Assembly (NCBI GenBank): GCA_002394385.1
Contig: DGTS01000011.1
Coordinates: forward strand, 60,722 to 124,721
Source: Prevotella sp. UBA4330
Lineage (GTDB): Bacteria; Bacteroidota; Bacteroidia; Bacteroidales; Bacteroidaceae
Direction: 5' to 3'
DNA length: 64,000 nucleotides
The notes below the pieces were generated by a model. That model worked only from the letters and a program-made list of their open reading frames with translations, made no database searches and was not told the origin of the DNA. Shown here piece after piece: positions 59,258 to 64,000 of this stretch (position 1 is its first letter; each line of letters starts with the position of its first letter). The translations under genes and the position numbers were made by a program.

Positions 59258-60847
59258 ATGAAGAAACTATTATTGAGCCTTGCGCTCACAACTGGCTTTG
59301 TCGCAGGCGTTAGCGCCCAAGACATCACGGCTACCATCCATGCTGACAAGCCTGGAGCAAAGATAAACAAAGAGATTTACGGACAGTTCTCTGAGCATCT
59401 CGGCACATGCATCTATGGCGGTCTGTGGGTAGGCGAAGACTCTCCGATACCCAACATCAACGGTTATCGCAAGGATGTGTTCGAGGCTCTCAAGAAGTTG
59501 CACATCCCAGTGCTCCGCTGGCCTGGCGGCTGCTTCGCCGACGATTACCACTGGATGGACGGCATCGGACCGAAGGACCAGCGCCCGTCATTGCGCAACA
59601 ACAACTGGGGCGGAACCATTGAGGACAACTCATTCGGTACACACGAGTTCCTGAACCTCTGCGAGATGCTTGACTGCGAGCCATACATCAGCGGCAACGT
59701 TGGTAGCGGCACAGTGAAGGAAATGGCACAGTGGGTGGAGTATATGACCAGCGACGGCGACACCCCAATGGCTCGTCTGCGCCGCCAGAACGGACGCGAC
59801 AAGGCATGGCATGTGAAGTACTTCGGCATCGGTAACGAGGCATGGGGCTGCGGTGGCAACATGACTCCCGAATACTATAGTGACGAGTTCCGCAAGTTCA
59901 ACACCTATCTGCGCGACCAGGGCAAGAACCGCCTCTACCGCATAGCATCTGGTGCCAGCGACTACGACTACAACTGGACCAAGGTGCTGATGGAGAAAAT
60001 AGGAAAGCAGATGAACGGTGTGTCGCTCCACTACTATACCTGCACCGGATGGGAAGGCTCGAAAGGCTCAGCCATAAACTTCGACAACGATCAGTACTAC
60101 TGGGCACTGGGCAAGTGCCTCGAGATTGAGGACGTTATCAAGAAGCACAAGGCAATCATGGACGAGAAAGACCCAGAAGGCAAGGTTGGCCTGTTGGTTG
60201 ACGAGTGGGGAACATGGTGGGACGAGGAGCCAGGCACTGTGCCAGGACACCTCTACCAGCAGAACGCCCTGCGCGATGCTTTCGTGGCATCTCTCAGCCT
60301 CGACGTGTTCCACAAGTACACCGACCGCGTGAAGATGACAAACATCGCTCAGGTGGTGAACGTGCTGCAGTCGATGATTCTCACCGACCAGGTGGGCACA
60401 GGACATATGGTGCTCACGCCGACATATCATGTCTTCGAGATGTACACTCCGTTCCAGGAGGCTACTTACCTGCCACTCGACCTCAAGAGTGAGATAATGC
60501 AGGTGAGCAAGGCATACTTCAAGGAGAAGGAAGGCGCTCGCGACGCTGGCTATCGCCCATGTCCGCAACTCTCTGGCTCGGCAGCCAAGACCAAGGACGG
60601 CAGCATCGTGCTGGCACTGACCAACGTGTCGCTCGACAAGGGTCAGACCGTTAAGTTCAACATCGATGGTTTCAATGCAAAGACCGTTAGCGGCCGCATC
60701 CTCACATCTAAGAAAGCCGACGACTACAACGACTTCGTTAACCCCGACGTTGTTGCTCCGCGCGAATTCAAGGATGCCAAGTTGAAAAACGGTGTTCTCA
60801 CCGTTAAGATACCTGCAAAGAGCCTCATCGTTCTCGAACTGAAATAA
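59258..60847 (+). CDS. Alpha-L-arabinofuranosidase, GH51, secreted
   Basis: Signal peptide, [23 protein letters not shown] (acid/base), LVDEWGTW (nucleophile), [10 protein letters not shown]. Confidence 0.95.
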   Translation: MKKLLLSLALTTGFVAGVSAQDITATIHADKPGAKINKEIYGQFSEHLGTCIYGGLWVGEDSPIPNINGYRKDVFEALKKLHIPVLRWPGGCFADDYHWMDGIGPKDQRPSLRNNNWGGTIEDNSFGTHEFLNLCEMLDCEPYISGNVGSGTVKEMAQWVEYMTSDGDTPMARLRRQNGRDKAWHVKYFGIGNEAWGCGGNMTPEYYSDEFRKFNTYLRDQGKNRLYRIASGASDYDYNWTKVLMEKIGKQMNGVSLHYYTCTGWEGSKGSAINFDNDQYYWALGKCLEIEDVIKKHKAIMDEKDPEGKVGLLVDEWGTWWDEEPGTVPGHLYQQNALRDAFVASLSLDVFHKYTDRVKMTNIAQVVNVLQSMILTDQVGTGHMVLTPTYHVFEMYTPFQEATYLPLDLKSEIMQVSKAYFKEKEGARDAGYRPCPQLSGSAAKTKDGSIVLALTNVSLDKGQTVKFNIDGFNAKTVSGRILTSKKADDYNDFVNPDVVAPREFKDAKLKNGVLTVKIPAKSLIVLELK

Positions 60848-60885
60848 TTAAAGGCGACAGGCATCAGCAACCTGTTTCCACTGCA

Positions 60886-60938
60886 TGGTGTCCGTTAAGT
60901 TCTCTTCTCATGAAGAGCCTTATCGGACACCATTTTTT
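60886..60938 (+). terminator. Intrinsic terminator after the GH51 gene
   Basis: TGGTGTCCG...CGGACACCA followed by TTTTTT. Confidence 0.7.
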
Positions 60939-61125
60939 GTTTCGGCATGTAAGCATTTTTACACAGCAGAGCAGGCTTTTTATTATTAAAAACGAGATAA
61001 AAGAGAAGTTACCTTCTTTTTTTTGCTAATTATTCAAAAAAAAAGGGGATTTCTAAAGAATAATCAGTAAATTTGCAAAATATAAATACAAAAGAGAAAT
61101 TACACTATTTAATAATATTTATATT

Positions 61126-63138
61126 ATGAACGACAACAAGATTATGAACATGGCAGCGGACAATATCCGTATCCTTGCTGCCGCAATGGTAGAAAAGGCT
61201 AAGTCTGGTCACCCCGGTGGTGCTATGGGCGGTGCCGATTTCATCAACACACTCTACAGCGAGTTCCTCGTTTACGACCCAGAGAATCCTAACTGGGAGG
61301 GTCGCGACCGTTTCTTCCTCGACCCAGGACACATGGCTCCGATGCTCTACGCACAGTTGGCACTCATCGGCAAATACTCGCTCGAAGAACTGCAGCAGTT
61401 GCGCCAGTGGGGCTCTCCCACTCACGGACACCCAGAGCACAACCTGCTCCGCGGCATTGAGAACACCAGCGGTCCACTCGGACAGGGACACACCTTCGCT
61501 GTTGGTGCTGCCATCGCAGCCAAGTTCCTCAAGGCTCGTCTGGGCAATGTTATGAACCAGACCATCTATGCATATATTTCTGACGGTGGCGTTGAGGAAG
61601 AGATTTCTCAGGGCTCTGGCCGTATCGCCGGCACTCTCGGTCTTGACAACCTCATCATGTTCTACGATGCCAACGACATCCAACTCTCTACAGAGGTGAA
61701 GGTCGTAATGGCTGAGGATACAGCAAAGAAATATGAGGCTTGGGGATGGTATGTTCAGGAAATCAACGGCAACAACGTTGACGAGATTCGTGCTGCAATC
61801 AAGAACGCACAGGCAGAGACAGAGCGTCCTTCACTCATCATCGGCCACACCATTATGGGTAAGGGTGCCCGCAAGGCCGACGGCAGCAGTTACGAGGCTA
61901 ACTGCGCCACTCACGGTGCTCCGCTCGGAGGCGACAACTTCATCCAGACAATGAAGAACCTCGGTGCCGACCCAGAGAACCCATTCCAGATATTCCCAGA
62001 GGTTAAGGAGATGTACGCTAAGCGTGCTGCCGAACTGAAGGAGATTTGCGCACAGCGCTATGCCGAGAAGGCAGAGTGGGCAAAGGGACATCCTGTACAG
62101 GCAGAGCAACTTGAGCAGTGGTTCAAGGGCGAGGCTCCTAAGGTTGACTGGAGCAAGGTAGAGCAGAAGGCTGGCGCAGCAACTCGCGGTGCTTCGGCTA
62201 CAGTACTGAGCGTTCTCGCAGAGCAGGTGCCAAACATGATTTGCGCTTCTGCCGACCTATCAAACAGCGACAAGACCGATGGATTCCTCAAGAAGACACA
62301 CGCCTTCCAGAAGGGCGACTTCACAGGAGCATTCTTCCAGGCAGGTGTTGCCGAGTTGACTATGGCATGCTGCTGCATCGGTATGGCTCTCCACGGAGGC
62401 GTTATCCCAGCATGCGGAACATTCTTCGTGTTCTCCGACTATATGAAACCCGCCGTACGTATGGCTGCCCTCATGGAACTGCCAGTGAAGTTCATCTGGA
62501 CTCACGACGCATTCCGCGTTGGCGAGGACGGTCCTACACACGAGCCAGTTGAGCAGGAGGCACAGATTCGCCTTATGGAGAAACTGAAGAACCACAGCGG
62601 CAAGAACTCTATGCTCGTGCTGCGTCCTGCAGATGCCGAGGAGACTACCGTTTGCTGGCGTCTGGCAATGGAGAACACCACTACCCCATCGGCTCTCATC
62701 CTTTCGCGCCAGAACATCGACATGCTCCCCGAGGGCAACGACTACAACCAGGCAGAGAAGGGTGCTTATGTTGTTGCAGGCAGCGACGAGGATTACGATG
62801 TCATACTGCTCGCTTCAGGCTCAGAGGTTTCCACTCTCGAGGCAGGTGCCAAACTGCTGAAGGCTGACGGCATCAAGGTGCGCGTGGTGAGCGTTCCTTC
62901 AGAGGGACTCTTCCGCAGCCAGTCTAAGGAGTATCAGCAGAGCGTGCTGCCATGTGGCAAGAAGAAGTTCGGCATGACCGCCGGTCTGCCTGTTACACTC
63001 GAAGGTCTGGTAGGCGCCGACGGTTGCGTATGGGGTCTTGAGAGTTTCGGCTTCTCTGCTCCTTACAAGGTGCTCGACGAGAAACTGGGCTACACTGGTG
63101 AGAATGTTTATAAGCAAGTAAAGGCATTGCTCGCATAA
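61126..63138 (+). CDS. tkt: Transketolase
   Basis: SGHPGG, RFFLDPGH, GPLGQG, SDGGVEE, FQAGVAE, THDAFRVGEDGPTHEPVEQ. Confidence 0.97.
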   Translation: MNDNKIMNMAADNIRILAAAMVEKAKSGHPGGAMGGADFINTLYSEFLVYDPENPNWEGRDRFFLDPGHMAPMLYAQLALIGKYSLEELQQLRQWGSPTHGHPEHNLLRGIENTSGPLGQGHTFAVGAAIAAKFLKARLGNVMNQTIYAYISDGGVEEEISQGSGRIAGTLGLDNLIMFYDANDIQLSTEVKVVMAEDTAKKYEAWGWYVQEINGNNVDEIRAAIKNAQAETERPSLIIGHTIMGKGARKADGSSYEANCATHGAPLGGDNFIQTMKNLGADPENPFQIFPEVKEMYAKRAAELKEICAQRYAEKAEWAKGHPVQAEQLEQWFKGEAPKVDWSKVEQKAGAATRGASATVLSVLAEQVPNMICASADLSNSDKTDGFLKKTHAFQKGDFTGAFFQAGVAELTMACCCIGMALHGGVIPACGTFFVFSDYMKPAVRMAALMELPVKFIWTHDAFRVGEDGPTHEPVEQEAQIRLMEKLKNHSGKNSMLVLRPADAEETTVCWRLAMENTTTPSALILSRQNIDMLPEGNDYNQAEKGAYVVAGSDEDYDVILLASGSEVSTLEAGAKLLKADGIKVRVVSVPSEGLFRSQSKEYQQSVLPCGKKKFGMTAGLPVTLEGLVGADGCVWGLESFGFSAPYKVLDEKLGYTGENVYKQVKALLA

Positions 63139-63243
63139 AGCAATGCCACAGAGTTCACAGAGGAGACACCACACGCCGAGAAAAACACTCTGTGTCCTCC
63201 GTTTCCTCAGTGAACTCTGTGTAATTTTTAAGGATTAAAAATT

Positions 63244-63687
63244 ATGGAAGTAAAGACAGTAGGTGTTGCCTGCGACCACGCAGGCTATCCACTCAAGCAG
63301 TTCGTTCTGCAATATCTGGAGGAGAAAGGTTATCCTGTAAAGGACTATGGAACATGGAGCGACGCTTCGGTTGACTATCCCGACTACGGTCATGCACTGG
63401 CCAAGGGCATCGAGAGCGGCGAGGTTTACCCAGGCATTGCCATCTGCGGCAGCGGTCAGGGCATCTCAATGACCCTGAACAAGCACCAGCAGGTGCGCGC
63501 AGGAGTATGCTGGGACCCCGAGATTGCACAACTCATCCGCCAGCACAACGATGCCAACGTGCTCGTGATGCCCGGTCGTTTCATCGACAACAACACAGCA
63601 CGCGCCATCATGGACAAGTTCTTCACCGTTCCCTTCGAGGGAGGTCGCCATGCCCGCCGTGTGGAGAAGATTCCTGTGCAGGACTAA
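63244..63687 (+). CDS. rpiB: Ribose-5-phosphate isomerase B
   Basis: CDHAG, VDYPD, ICGSGQG, RQHNDANVL, FEGGRHARRV. Confidence 0.96.
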   Translation: MEVKTVGVACDHAGYPLKQFVLQYLEEKGYPVKDYGTWSDASVDYPDYGHALAKGIESGEVYPGIAICGSGQGISMTLNKHQQVRAGVCWDPEIAQLIRQHNDANVLVMPGRFIDNNTARAIMDKFFTVPFEGGRHARRVEKIPVQD

Positions 63688-63712
63688 AATCGAGTTTCAT
63701 AAGCAGATTCTC

Positions 63713-63748
63713 AAAGGGGCGAATTCAACATTGAGTTCGTCTCTTTTT
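63713..63748 (+). terminator. Intrinsic terminator after rpiB
   Basis: AAAGGGGCGAATTCAA-CA-TTGAGTTCGTCTCTTT with a T tail. Confidence 0.65.
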
Positions 63749-63848
63749 CGTTACCTGCCTTATATAAAAACACGCATCAGAATATAAGAAAATAATCTTT
63801 ATCATCCACACAATATCAAGTGAGATTTTAAGTTAGTATTAATGGCGA

Positions 63849-63936
63849 GACAATGTTATTAACTTTGTTCGGCAATGTTATTAACTTTGTTCAACAATCT
63901 TAATAACTTTGTTCAACAATGTTATTAACTTTGTTA
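63849..63936. repeat. Four tandem 22-bp palindromic units (same family)
   Basis: Units at 63849, 63871, 63893 and 63915. Confidence 0.9.
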
Positions 63937-64000
63937 GCCCATTTATAACGAATTGATAATCAACTAATTAAAAAAGGAGAACCATGAGTTTATTTGTAAG

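Noticed and set aside
63984-64000. Start of a further CDS at the window end
   Set aside because: An ATG follows AAAGGAGAACC, but only five codons are visible, which is too little to call.

Overview
64 kb of chromosome from a Bacteroidales bacterium, most likely Prevotella-like. The basis is the gene content, the TTTG-N19/20-TAnnTTTG promoters and a Bacteroidales-1/6S-type RNA. It is mostly housekeeping and metabolic DNA: the end of a capsule/EPS locus (rfbA, wzc, HAD, wcaJ), mltG, glnS-TPR-dedA, thrA-apgM-thrC, ribE, a TolC/MFP/MacB-type efflux operon with a LytS/LytTR pair, nth, ompH, pepD, an orphan ECF sigma, htpG, an ABC-F, grpE-dnaJ, folC, galM-MFS-galK and a complete L-arabinose locus followed by tkt-rpiB. 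Two accessory stretches stand out. (1) About 12.1-18.0 kb is an integrase-free islet. Three intact genes (dinD, a 966-aa UvrD/HelD-like SF1 ATPase with a long charged coiled coil, rhuM) are interleaved with short decayed fragments of an XRE HTH, a Bro-N protein, a DUF262/GmrSD-like nuclease and two copies of a DprA/SLOG-like gene. (2) About 48.7-51.0 kb is an AT-rich islet with a long structured leader, a BspA-type LRR gene and an orphan WecA/MraY-type transferase. The intergenic DNA carries several dispersed repeat families. The most striking is a composite element built from tandem 22-bp palindromes (13 units at 4 loci), with related 22-nt-period arrays elsewhere. Also noted: a candidate sRNA, sigma54-type promoters at htpG and grpE-dnaJ, and an ABC-F with one degenerate ATPase site. 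No tRNA, rRNA, CRISPR, IS or integrase was seen. All family calls come from motif recognition by eye; no database search was run.
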